From: Myxococcota bacterium
GTDB lineage: Bacteria > Myxococcota_A > SURF-8
Assembly (NCBI GenBank): GCA_963674735.2
Contig: CAXXQS010000002.1
Span: 2,208,001 to 2,272,000, forward strand
Reading direction: 5' to 3'
DNA length: 64,000 bases
How positions within the stretch are numbered: the stretch's first letter is position 1; the number at the start of each line of letters is the position of its first letter. The notes beneath the pieces are model-generated. The model had not been told where the DNA came from and ran no database searches. It was given only the letters and a program-made list of their open reading frames with translations. This document shows positions 47,700 through 55,492 of this stretch, in pieces. A program made the translations under genes and the position numbers.

Positions 47700-50588
47700 C
47701 TAGCTGCAGCCGTGTTGGGTGCCGCAGTTTGTGCACATGTAACAGGAGCCGCTACGTACCATGATCGTACCGCAACTCGGACAACCGGGGGCGTCCTCCT
47801 GATTGACGTAGGCTTGCCGTTCCGATTTGGCGGCGTTGTGGCCGTTTTTCGCGATGACCGTATCCGCGCCATTGGTGATGGTGGGCTGAACCTGATTGCC
47901 GACCATGGTGCGCTTCTCCTCGGTGAGGAATTTCGATCCCAACCAACGGAAGATGTAATCGTAGATCGATTTCGCCATGGGAATTTCGGGGTTCTGGGTG
48001 AAGCCCGCCGGTTCGAAACGCATGTGGCTGAACTTCTCGACCAAATCCTCCAGTGGGACGCCGTACTGCAAGGCGAGGGATGTCATGGTGGCGAAGCCGT
48101 CCATCAGACCGGAGACCGTGCTGCCTTCCTTGCTCATCAGCAGGAAGATTTCACCGGGTGCGCCGTCCTCATAGGTGCCGACCGTCACGTAACCCTCGTG
48201 GCCGCCGACGCTGAATTTGTGGGTGATGGCCTGACGCTCGTCGGCCAGTTTGTGGCGCAGACGTTGGGGCTCGATTTCTTTGGCTTTTTTCTCCCCCGTG
48301 TTGAGAGGCTGGGTGCGCTTGGAGTTGTCGCGGTAAATGGCCACCGCTTTGAGTCCCAGTCGCCAGGCTTCGGTGTAGGCCTCCATGATATCGTCGACGC
48401 TGGATTCTTCGGGCATGTTGACCGTTTTCGAAATTGCCCCGGAAATGAAGGGCTGGCAGGCACCCATCATGCGCAGATGTCCCATATGGGAGATGAAACG
48501 CTGGCCGTTGACGGGCCGTAGCGCGCAATCGAATACCGGCAGGTGCAGCGGATCGAGGTGCGGCGATCCTTCGATGGTCTGGTTTTCATCGATATAGGCG
48601 ACGATGTCGTTGATTTTCTTGTCTGCATAACCCAACCGGCGGAGCGCCCGCGGCACCGACTGGTTGACGATGGTCAGTGTCCCGCCGCCGACCAGCTTTT
48701 TGTATTTGATCAACGCGAGATCCGGTTCGATACCGGTGGTGTCGGCATCCATCATAAATGAAATCGTGCCGGTGGGGGCGATGACCGAGACCTGCGCGTT
48801 GCGGAACCCGTGCTCGCTACCCGTCTCCAGCGCATCGTCCCAGGTCTGGCGCGCCGTATCAAGCAGCGTTTCGGGGACCAATTCGCCGTCGATCGTATCC
48901 ACCGCTTGGCGATGCGAGCGGATGACATTGATAAAGGAGTTGCGGTTTTTATCGTACTCCTTGAAAGGTCCGGTATGTGCGCTGATGCGTGCCGAGGTGG
49001 CGTAGGCGTGGCCCGTCATGATTGCGGTGATGGCGGAGGCATAGGCCCGGCCCGCATCCGAATCGTAGGGCAGGCTGCGGGTCATCAGCACCGCGCCCAG
49101 GTTGGTGTAGCCAAGTCCCAGGGGACGGTAGAGATGGCTGTTCCAGGTGATTTTGTCGCGCGGGTAGCTGGCGTTGTCGACGATGATTTCCTGTGCGATC
49201 ACGAAGGTTTCGACCGCTTTTTTGAACGCCTCGGCATCGAAGTCATCGTTGTCGTTGAGGAAGGTCATCAGATTGAGTGACGCGAGGTTGCAGGCCGAAT
49301 TATCGGCGAACATGTACTCCGAGCAGGGGTTCGAGGCGTTGATGCGCATGGTGTCGGAGCAGGGGTTCCATTTGTTGATGGTGGTATCGAACTGCATGCC
49401 GGGATCGCCGCAGATGTGGGTGCCTTCGGAGATTTTACGCAGGAGGCCGCGTGCCGGGAAGGTATCCATTTTCTTGCCGGTGGTGACGGCCTTGGTGTAC
49501 CAGACATCGTCGTCGTCGACTTTCTGCATGAAGTCGTCGGGCACGCGCACGCTGTTGTTGGAATTCTGGAAGAAAACCGACCCATAGGCTTCGCCATTGA
49601 TGCCGCCGTCGTAACCCTGATCGATCAGCGCCCAGGCTTTCTTTTCCTCGTTGACTTTACATTCGATGAAATCCGTGATGTCGGGGTGTTCGATGTCGAG
49701 AATCACCATCTTGGCCGCACGGCGCGTTTTTCCGCCCGATTTGATGACACCGGCGAAGGCGTCGTACCCTTTCATGAAGCTCACCGGACCCGAGGCGACC
49801 CCGCCGGTGGAAAGATGCTCGCGGCTGGAGCGCAGTGCCGACAAGTTGGTGCCGGTGCCCGAACCGTATTTGAAGAGCATGCCTTCGGTCTTGGCCAGGT
49901 CCATGATGGACTGCATGGTGTCGTCGACGCTGTTGATGAAGCAGGCCGAACATTGGGGATGTTCTTCCTGGCCGACGTTGAACCACACCGGAGAGTTGAA
50001 GGCGCCGCGTTGGTGCAGCAGAAGGTAGGTGAGTTCATCGCGGAAGATGTCGCGGTTTTCTTCCGTGCTGAACATCCCTTGCTGGAGTCCCCACTCGGCG
50101 ATGTTGACGGCTACGCGGTCGATCAGGTCGCGCAGACTCTTTTCGCGGGTTGCTTCGCCCAATTTGCCGCGAAAATATTTGCTGACCACGACGTTGGTGG
50201 CCATTTGGCTCCAGAACGTGGGGAATTCGAGGTCGTTTTGCTCGAAATAAATTTCGCCCTTATCATTGGACAATTTGGCCGAACGCGTTTCCCATTCGAC
50301 TTCGTCGTAGGGGTGAACGCCTTCTTTGGTGAAGTAGCGTTTCATCGCGATGCCGGGGCCCTGGTGCTTCAGCTTCTTGACATCCAGGATGTAGTGTCCG
50401 CCACGTAGTTTGATCAACAACTCGCGCATATTAGTCGCGTCTCCTTTTGCGGTTACCTTGAGGGGAGCATCGTAGATTTCGTCCCATCCATCCGCAACAG
50501 CATCCCGCATGGGAGTTGTCTCCGCATCGGTGGTGGTTTGTTCGACAGGGGCTGACTGCTTGCGGTTGTCGGTCCGTTCAATGGTCAT
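47700..50588 (-). CDS. nrdJ: vitamin B12-dependent (class II) ribonucleotide reductase
   Basis: FNSPVWFN, QCSACFI, ASNPCSEY, APTGTIS, GAISKTVN, TSCPD-like region, C-terminal CPSC...CTNC...GCS. Confidence 0.96.
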   Translation of the reverse strand: MTIERTDNRKQSAPVEQTTTDAETTPMRDAVADGWDEIYDAPLKVTAKGDATNMRELLIKLRGGHYILDVKKLKHQGPGIAMKRYFTKEGVHPYDEVEWETRSAKLSNDKGEIYFEQNDLEFPTFWSQMATNVVVSKYFRGKLGEATREKSLRDLIDRVAVNIAEWGLQQGMFSTEENRDIFRDELTYLLLHQRGAFNSPVWFNVGQEEHPQCSACFINSVDDTMQSIMDLAKTEGMLFKYGSGTGTNLSALRSSREHLSTGGVASGPVSFMKGYDAFAGVIKSGGKTRRAAKMVILDIEHPDITDFIECKVNEEKKAWALIDQGYDGGINGEAYGSVFFQNSNNSVRVPDDFMQKVDDDDVWYTKAVTTGKKMDTFPARGLLRKISEGTHICGDPGMQFDTTINKWNPCSDTMRINASNPCSEYMFADNSACNLASLNLMTFLNDNDDFDAEAFKKAVETFVIAQEIIVDNASYPRDKITWNSHLYRPLGLGYTNLGAVLMTRSLPYDSDAGRAYASAITAIMTGHAYATSARISAHTGPFKEYDKNRNSFINVIRSHRQAVDTIDGELVPETLLDTARQTWDDALETGSEHGFRNAQVSVIAPTGTISFMMDADTTGIEPDLALIKYKKLVGGGTLTIVNQSVPRALRRLGYADKKINDIVAYIDENQTIEGSPHLDPLHLPVFDCALRPVNGQRFISHMGHLRMMGACQPFISGAISKTVNMPEESSVDDIMEAYTEAWRLGLKAVAIYRDNSKRTQPLNTGEKKAKEIEPQRLRHKLADERQAITHKFSVGGHEGYVTVGTYEDGAPGEIFLLMSKEGSTVSGLMDGFATMTSLALQYGVPLEDLVEKFSHMRFEPAGFTQNPEIPMAKSIYDYIFRWLGSKFLTEEKRTMVGNQVQPTITNGADTVIAKNGHNAAKSERQAYVNQEDAPGCPSCGTIMVRSGSCYMCTNCGTQHGCS

Positions 50589-50904
50589 GTGGTATCTCCC
50601 TCTCTGTACGTTCTAAAAACCTGAAAGGCTCGAATGTTCAATGTTATCAAAAAGATCGCTGGTAACGTCCGGGTCTGGAAAAACGCACACAACTCTCCCT
50701 GCGTCAACGGCTTACGCCTTACGCCCCGTATCGCTTCGCTACCTTGATTTTAGTTTTAACGGGTTGATATCGCCTGTCGGCAGCATCCCCGGTTTATTCC
50801 ACTCACTGTATTTGAGAGCCGACCCACGCCATGGTGCTCATGATCGCTACGGAGCCATCCTGCACAGTCCCTCTGGGCGATATGTTGGGTGCTCACAAGC
50901 AGCG

Positions 50905-50933
50905 AAACTATCAAACTCCTAGTGCCTTGTCAA
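50905..50933 (-). promoter_or_regulatory. sigma70 promoter of nrdJ
   Basis: TTGACA-17-TAGTTT on the minus strand. Confidence 0.7.
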
Positions 50934-50940
50934 GGAGCAC

Positions 50941-50988
50941 ATACAATATCTAGCGACTCAAACAATGGAAGTATACCATATCTAGGGG
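50941..50988. promoter_or_regulatory. tandem NrdR boxes
   Basis: ATACAATATCTAGCG and ATACCATATCTAGGG, 32 bp apart, resembling acaCwAtATaTwGtg, abutting the -35 upstream of an RNR gene. Confidence 0.8.
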
Positions 50989-51484
50989 GTCTATTCAAGT
51001 CGGAGGATGTGGAAACCCCTAAGGGTTCAGCTAACTTGGCCATGTGGAATACGGTCTCGTGCGCCTTTCGGCCGTTTCGGGCTGAAAAATCCACTGAATT
51101 CAGTTGATTGGCGTTTGACGGAACGCAAAGCCGAAAAATGGCGAAAGCGAGGTTTTTTTTCTTGAATTTTTTTCGCATCGGCGAGGATCGCCCGAGGGTT
51201 TGAACAAATGTTGTGCATGGAATGTAAGGTTATGATAATACAGTGCAAATAGGTGAATTGCGGTTCATTGACCGTGGATCTGCCCCCGCTATTTTTGCTG
51301 ATCATTGCTAAGCAGCTGAAATTACAATGTATTATGAGTGGTCGACTTGTGGCGGTGGGTGATAGGTATCTAACTATTAATATATTGGACAGTCACGATG
51401 TATTCAATGATTATACACTGTTAGCTTGCGTTGGATGTCGATTTGCCTGTGGTGGCCGGACTGTTGAAAAGCGTCTGCTTAACA

Positions 51485-51519
51485 TAAAAGGAAGAGAGCC
51501 GGTCGTTGAACCGGCTCTC
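51485..51519 (-). terminator. Rho-independent terminator
   Basis: 10-bp stem GAGAGCCGGT/ACCGGCTCTC followed by TTCCTTTT on the minus strand. Confidence 0.78.
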
Positions 51520-51729
51520 AACCCGTCTTGGTCGAAACGAGGGGCTAACAGGTGCTCCACCCATTGGAACACCCGATTCGGGGCTATAGACGGTCTCCGC
51601 GTGGGAGAGGGAAGGAAAGGCGCGCAGCAAAAAGCCCAAGATTGGCTTCCAACGGGCTGGTTACCCTGGAAACCCTTGATGCCAAGTTACGATGCCACTC
51701 CCACGCGGAAGACCGGGACGCAGGACACC
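51485..51729 (-). ncRNA. candidate sigma54-dependent structured small RNA (~245 nt)
   Basis: -24/-12 promoter upstream, several stems whose G-U pairs favour the minus strand, intrinsic terminator, no credible ORF. Confidence 0.6.
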
Positions 51730-51740
51730 CTACTGATTAC

Positions 51741-51756
51741 GCAAGCGGGGTGCCAG
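51741..51756 (-). promoter_or_regulatory. sigma54 (-24/-12) promoter
   Basis: CTGGCACCCCGCTTGC: GG-N10-GC in TGGCAC-N5-TTGC context; AT-rich IHF-like tract at ~51790-51815. Confidence 0.75.
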
Positions 51757-51887
51757 TTTCGCTTTCAGAGTTGCTGAAAACATGAAAAAGCTAGTTAATA
51801 TAGATTGTTAGATGAGATTCCAGAGACAGGGACGCATGGCCTAATTAACTTGGAATGAGGAAAAACCGGGCATTTTTGTCAGATGTG

Positions 51888-52475
51888 TCAGGTTGGGCGC
51901 GGATCCGATCCGGGGCCGGGTGCAATTGCATAAACTTTACGCAAATGATAGAGCTGAAAAATGGCCCGACGCATGCATGCCCGGCTGACGTTGAACAGCG
52001 AGGCCAGTTTGAGACTGATGCGGTCGAGCTCCGTCCGGTTTTTCGGGCTGTAGTCCACTTCGGGGCAGTGGGTGTCCAGCAGCCAAAGGGGGACGAGCAG
52101 GCTGGAAGCGAAGAGATCAGCCTCTTCTTCTACGCGGCGGTCGCTGGGGGGTGTTTCGTCGTCGGCGTCCGCCAGCAGGTGGTGGTGCAAAAGGAAGTGT
52201 CCATATTCATGGGCGATCGAAAAGCGTTGGCGTGGAATCGGCCGCCGGTCGTTGAAGTAGATGGCGGCCCGGTGAACGCGTCCCGAGGCGTCTTGGTCGA
52301 TTTTCAAGAGCGAATCGGCCTGCCCCAGCGCGGCTGGCAAGACTTTCAGATCGGGATGACAACGGTGCAGCAGGTCGGTGGACACCGGCGGGTGCTCGAT
52401 TTCGCTTTGCTTTAAAAGCCGGTCGGCAAGCCGGACAATGCGCAGGGTTCGGGTGAGCGGGCGGGTAGATGGCAT
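51888..52475 (-). CDS. ImmA/IrrE family metallopeptidase
   Basis: RQRFSIAHEYGH (HExxH), EEEADLFASSLLVP, LASLFNVS. Confidence 0.9.
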   Translation of the reverse strand: MPSTRPLTRTLRIVRLADRLLKQSEIEHPPVSTDLLHRCHPDLKVLPAALGQADSLLKIDQDASGRVHRAAIYFNDRRPIPRQRFSIAHEYGHFLLHHHLLADADDETPPSDRRVEEEADLFASSLLVPLWLLDTHCPEVDYSPKNRTELDRISLKLASLFNVSRACMRRAIFQLYHLRKVYAIAPGPGSDPRPT

Positions 52476-52476
52476 C

Positions 52477-52866
52477 TCAGCCGTCTCCCAAGATGAGGTC
52501 GATGGCGGCTTTTACCTTGTCGTTGGCCTCCACCGCACGAATCACCTTCATGGCGTAAGCAACCTGTTCCGGGGTCAGTGTGTGCCCTTCGCGAAAAAAA
52601 ACCTGACCGGTTTCGGGCGGCTCGTAATAAGGCCGGGCGGCGTCCGCCGCCTTCTCGCGCTGGCGGCGCAAAATCATCTCACGCTTATCCAGATTCAGAA
52701 TTTCACATAATTCCAAAAGCTTGGGTTCGGATGGCAGCGAGCGTCCGTGTTCGAGGTGCGCAATATAGCCTTCGGTGCATTTAAGACGATGGGCCAGTTG
52801 CGCCTGCGTCATGTGTGCGTATTGGCGGGCTGCCCGGATGTGGTCTCCCAGTTTCATGTCGGCCAT
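52477..52866 (-). CDS. XRE-family HTH repressor
   Basis: LGDHIRAARQ..MTQAQLA..YIAHLEHG..P; start moved to ATG 52866. Confidence 0.9.
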   Translation of the reverse strand: MADMKLGDHIRAARQYAHMTQAQLAHRLKCTEGYIAHLEHGRSLPSEPKLLELCEILNLDKREMILRRQREKAADAARPYYEPPETGQVFFREGHTLTPEQVAYAMKVIRAVEANDKVKAAIDLILGDG

Positions 52867-52880
52867 CCTTGTATGCAACC

Positions 52881-53048
52881 ATACTATACAAATATAGTAT
52901 ATTAGATAGGCGGGGAAAGCAAGTGAAATAAACGGGCGGAATAAGACAGTAATACTTTTACATATCAGTAAACTATGTCGATTACTAATCACACATAAAT
53001 CCGCCGTGTGACATATTCTGTCACAGTCCAATACTTATTATTAAGTAT
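52881..53048. promoter_or_regulatory. divergent control region with three palindromes
   Basis: ATACTATA-CAAA-TATAGTAT (52881-52900), TGTGACA-TATTC-TGTCACA (53007-53025), ATACTTA-TTAT-TAAGTAT (53031-53048). Confidence 0.65.
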
Positions 53049-53124
53049 AGTTGCTGCGGTGCATTCCATTCGTTTTCGGACGGGCGCGGCGACTCTCAGG
53101 CGGGTTTTCAAGAAGGAGGATAGT

Positions 53125-53589
53125 ATGACTGTCAGGTATGCATGGCGAGAGTTTCGGGAGGATTTCGGCGACCCCCAGCCCCTCGATCCGATGATTTTGT
53201 CTCACTACGGCCCGGTTTCCGTTGATTCCGTTGACGATGAGGGGACCGCGATTGATGGGGGACCGCACCGGGCGTTACCGCGCATTCAATCGGGAGAGGC
53301 GGATGGCTGGGCCTGGTTGGACCAATGGACGACGGAGGTGCAGGAGGGGGTCGGGTTTTGCCGGGTTTGCGATCGGTCCACGAACTTGCCTTATCTGTGC
53401 GGCGACTGTCTCGACAATCTGGAACGGCTTCCGGAGGAATTGGACTGCACGTTTTACATCGAACCGGCCGGATGCATCGCTGTTCTTGACTCGGATGGCG
53501 AACCGGCCGTGTGCGGATGCGGCGGTTTGCTGTATCTGTGCGACCATGCGGATGCGCTGGCGACTCCCGTCGATATGGAGGCCTTATGA
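53125..53589 (+). CDS. hypothetical protein with Cys clusters (possible Zn-binding)
   Basis: AAGGAGG RBS; CRVC..CGDC and CGCGG..C; ATGA coupling to the next ORF. Confidence 0.7.
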   Translation: MTVRYAWREFREDFGDPQPLDPMILSHYGPVSVDSVDDEGTAIDGGPHRALPRIQSGEADGWAWLDQWTTEVQEGVGFCRVCDRSTNLPYLCGDCLDNLERLPEELDCTFYIEPAGCIAVLDSDGEPAVCGCGGLLYLCDHADALATPVDMEAL

Positions 53590-53954
53590 TGGGGGAGACG
53601 CCTTTCGCGGATGTGTTGACCGCCTTGCGCTGGTATCTGGCCGCCGGTCGTCGGGCTTGCTCTCCGTTTGTACGCGCATACCGGCTGCACGAACGCATCT
53701 CACAGAGCCGTCTTTCGAGCCTGGATGAGCGTATTGCCGAACCGGCGGTGCTTTACATGCGTGTTGAAAGCCTGCTGGACGAATTGGATAAGACGGTGCG
53801 GGCGCGTCTACTCGGCAATGACTGGCGTCTGCTCGGGTTTTCCAACCGAAATGCGATGTACAAATACCAACACAAAATGCGGCGACAGCTCGAACCGGCG
53901 TTCATTGCCGCCGGACTGATTCCGCCCGACCGCGGAGAGGAAGGTAGTCGATGA
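53586..53954 (+). CDS. hypothetical protein, resembles phage RinA/ArpU-type activators
   Basis: ATGA overlap, GGAGG RBS; helical C-terminus reminiscent of a sigma region-4-like HTH (weak). Confidence 0.6.
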   Translation: MMGETPFADVLTALRWYLAAGRRACSPFVRAYRLHERISQSRLSSLDERIAEPAVLYMRVESLLDELDKTVRARLLGNDWRLLGFSNRNAMYKYQHKMRRQLEPAFIAAGLIPPDRGEEGSR

Positions 53955-54187
53955 TGCAGATGATGACGATCCCGGACGAATCGCGAGAGAAACTGTGGGG
54001 CTGGTACAACATTGCCATGGAGTTCGACGTGCACGAGGCTACGGCCAAGCGCTGGTGTCGGGAGGAACCGGAGTTCCGGCGGATCATTCGACGTTTTCGC
54101 AACCGGGTGTTTGCGTATCGGGACGAAGTGCGCCAATGCCGACGTGCCATGGAAACGACTTGGCGGCCCGCGAAACGAACCCAATGA
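53951..54187 (+). CDS. small HTH DNA-binding protein
   Basis: LWGWYNIA..FDVHEATAKRW...RVFAYRDEV winged-HTH pattern; 4-bp overlap. Confidence 0.65.
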   Translation: MMQMMTIPDESREKLWGWYNIAMEFDVHEATAKRWCREEPEFRRIIRRFRNRVFAYRDEVRQCRRAMETTWRPAKRTQ

Positions 54188-54243
54188 ACGTATTATCGCC
54201 GCATGGCCGTTGAAACGACCGGCGATTGGAAAGGAGTGGCGGT

Positions 54244-54519
54244 ATGGCGGAAATCGATACACACAAAGAAAACGAGCTCGATCGTGTGTTCAAGGGACGC
54301 TTGTTTATCAAGACGCCCGTTCTGGCGCGTCTTTTGGGTGTTTCCACGCGTTCGGTGCAGAAATGGGTATTCGAGGGAAAGATCGAATATTGCGATACCA
54401 CTCCCAGTGGGCGTCAGCTCCTTTTCGATCGAGCGACGGTGGAAGGTATCATTTTGCACGGGATCGGGGGGCGGCTGATGGGAGATACGGTAGAGCACGC
54501 ATCGGCTGGTGAGATTTGA
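54244..54519 (+). CDS. excisionase/MerR-like HTH protein
   Basis: LARLLGVSTRSVQKW..EGKI...TPSGRQLLFD; AAGGAG RBS. Confidence 0.75.
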   Translation: MAEIDTHKENELDRVFKGRLFIKTPVLARLLGVSTRSVQKWVFEGKIEYCDTTPSGRQLLFDRATVEGIILHGIGGRLMGDTVEHASAGEI

Positions 54520-54526
54520 TCGTGAT

Positions 54527-55492
54527 CTACGGCGCGGAAGCGGAGGGGGCGACGATGACCCGGACGAAACGATGGTCGGATGTTTCCCGAGGATCGATTA
54601 CCTGGCGGTCCGAAACCTGCCAGCTTCCACCGGCAAAGACGTGGTCGATGGCGGCGACGGGCTGCGGATGCGGATAAGTGGGGGCGATCGACGTCAAGTC
54701 GAAAGGTGCGGCGGCGAGAAGATCGAAAAGGGTTGGTGTGTCGATTCCCGGGGGGGGCCAGTTGTGTGTCTTGGCCAATTGACGGATGGCCGCATCGGAC
54801 GAAACGACGGGCGGCAGCGGCTCGTTGAAATCGCCCCCCAATATCCAGGGCGTATCGGAGGGCAGAGCGGATCGGATCGCGGTCATTTGTACGCGTCGTG
54901 TGGCGGCTTGCCGATAGTCCAGGTGAGTATTGCCGATGATTAGAGACGTCCCTTGCCGGGTTTGAAGCCGGACGGTCAGCAGGGCACGGCCTTCCGACAC
55001 GGGCCAATCGGGCGATTCGGGTGGGTTGGGCAGTGTGACCGTCTCCGTGCGGTCGGGAGCCTGGCGCGTGAGTGTGGCCAGCCCATAACGACATTTCCAC
55101 AGAACCGGCGGCAGCGGTTCACGATGAGTCCCGGTATCCAGTGTGATAGCGCGGCTGGCATGCATGTTGAGCGCTTCGGCGAGATATTGGGCCTGATCGA
55201 TACCGCCGCTGCGTTGAGAGCCGAAATCCACCTCCTGCAACAGCACGATATCCGGATCGGCGGCCTTGAGAATGACGGCGAGCTTTTTCAGATTTGCCAG
55301 CACGACGGCTTTCGGAACGCCTTGTGCGCCGATGGGGTGTACGCCTGCGGCGACATGCATGTTGGCTGTCACCACCACCCAAGACGAAGTCGAATCAAGA
55401 AGAGGCGAGGATCCCTCGTCGGCCTGCAGCGGAGAGTTGAATAGGCAGAGCATGATTAACACCCCGAGTCCATCATGTAGTATCCGGCTCAT
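54527..55492 (-). CDS. endonuclease/exonuclease/phosphatase family protein, exported
   Basis: TANMH, LQEVD, NTHLD, GGDFN, IDHVF, SDH. Confidence 0.88.
   Translation of the reverse strand: MSRILHDGLGVLIMLCLFNSPLQADEGSSPLLDSTSSWVVVTANMHVAAGVHPIGAQGVPKAVVLANLKKLAVILKAADPDIVLLQEVDFGSQRSGGIDQAQYLAEALNMHASRAITLDTGTHREPLPPVLWKCRYGLATLTRQAPDRTETVTLPNPPESPDWPVSEGRALLTVRLQTRQGTSLIIGNTHLDYRQAATRRVQMTAIRSALPSDTPWILGGDFNEPLPPVVSSDAAIRQLAKTHNWPPPGIDTPTLFDLLAAAPFDLTSIAPTYPHPQPVAAIDHVFAGGSWQVSDRQVIDPRETSDHRFVRVIVAPSASAP

Noticed and set aside
51485-51729. Identification as 6S RNA, tmRNA, SRP RNA, retron ncRNA or Csr/Rsm sponge
   Set aside because: No end-to-end closing stem, tRNA-like ends or SRP loop; no nearby RT; few GGA loops on the predicted strand
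51253-51785. ORFs of 174, 72 and 77 aa in the intergenic gap
   Set aside because: No RBS or motifs; they run through a terminator and strong hairpins
51888-54519. Intact prophage or ICE
   Set aside because: No integrase, att sites, replication, structural or conjugation genes
54750-54757. G8 homopolymer in the EEP gene as a phase-variation site
   Set aside because: In frame (Trp-Pro-Pro codons), short, and the gene is intact
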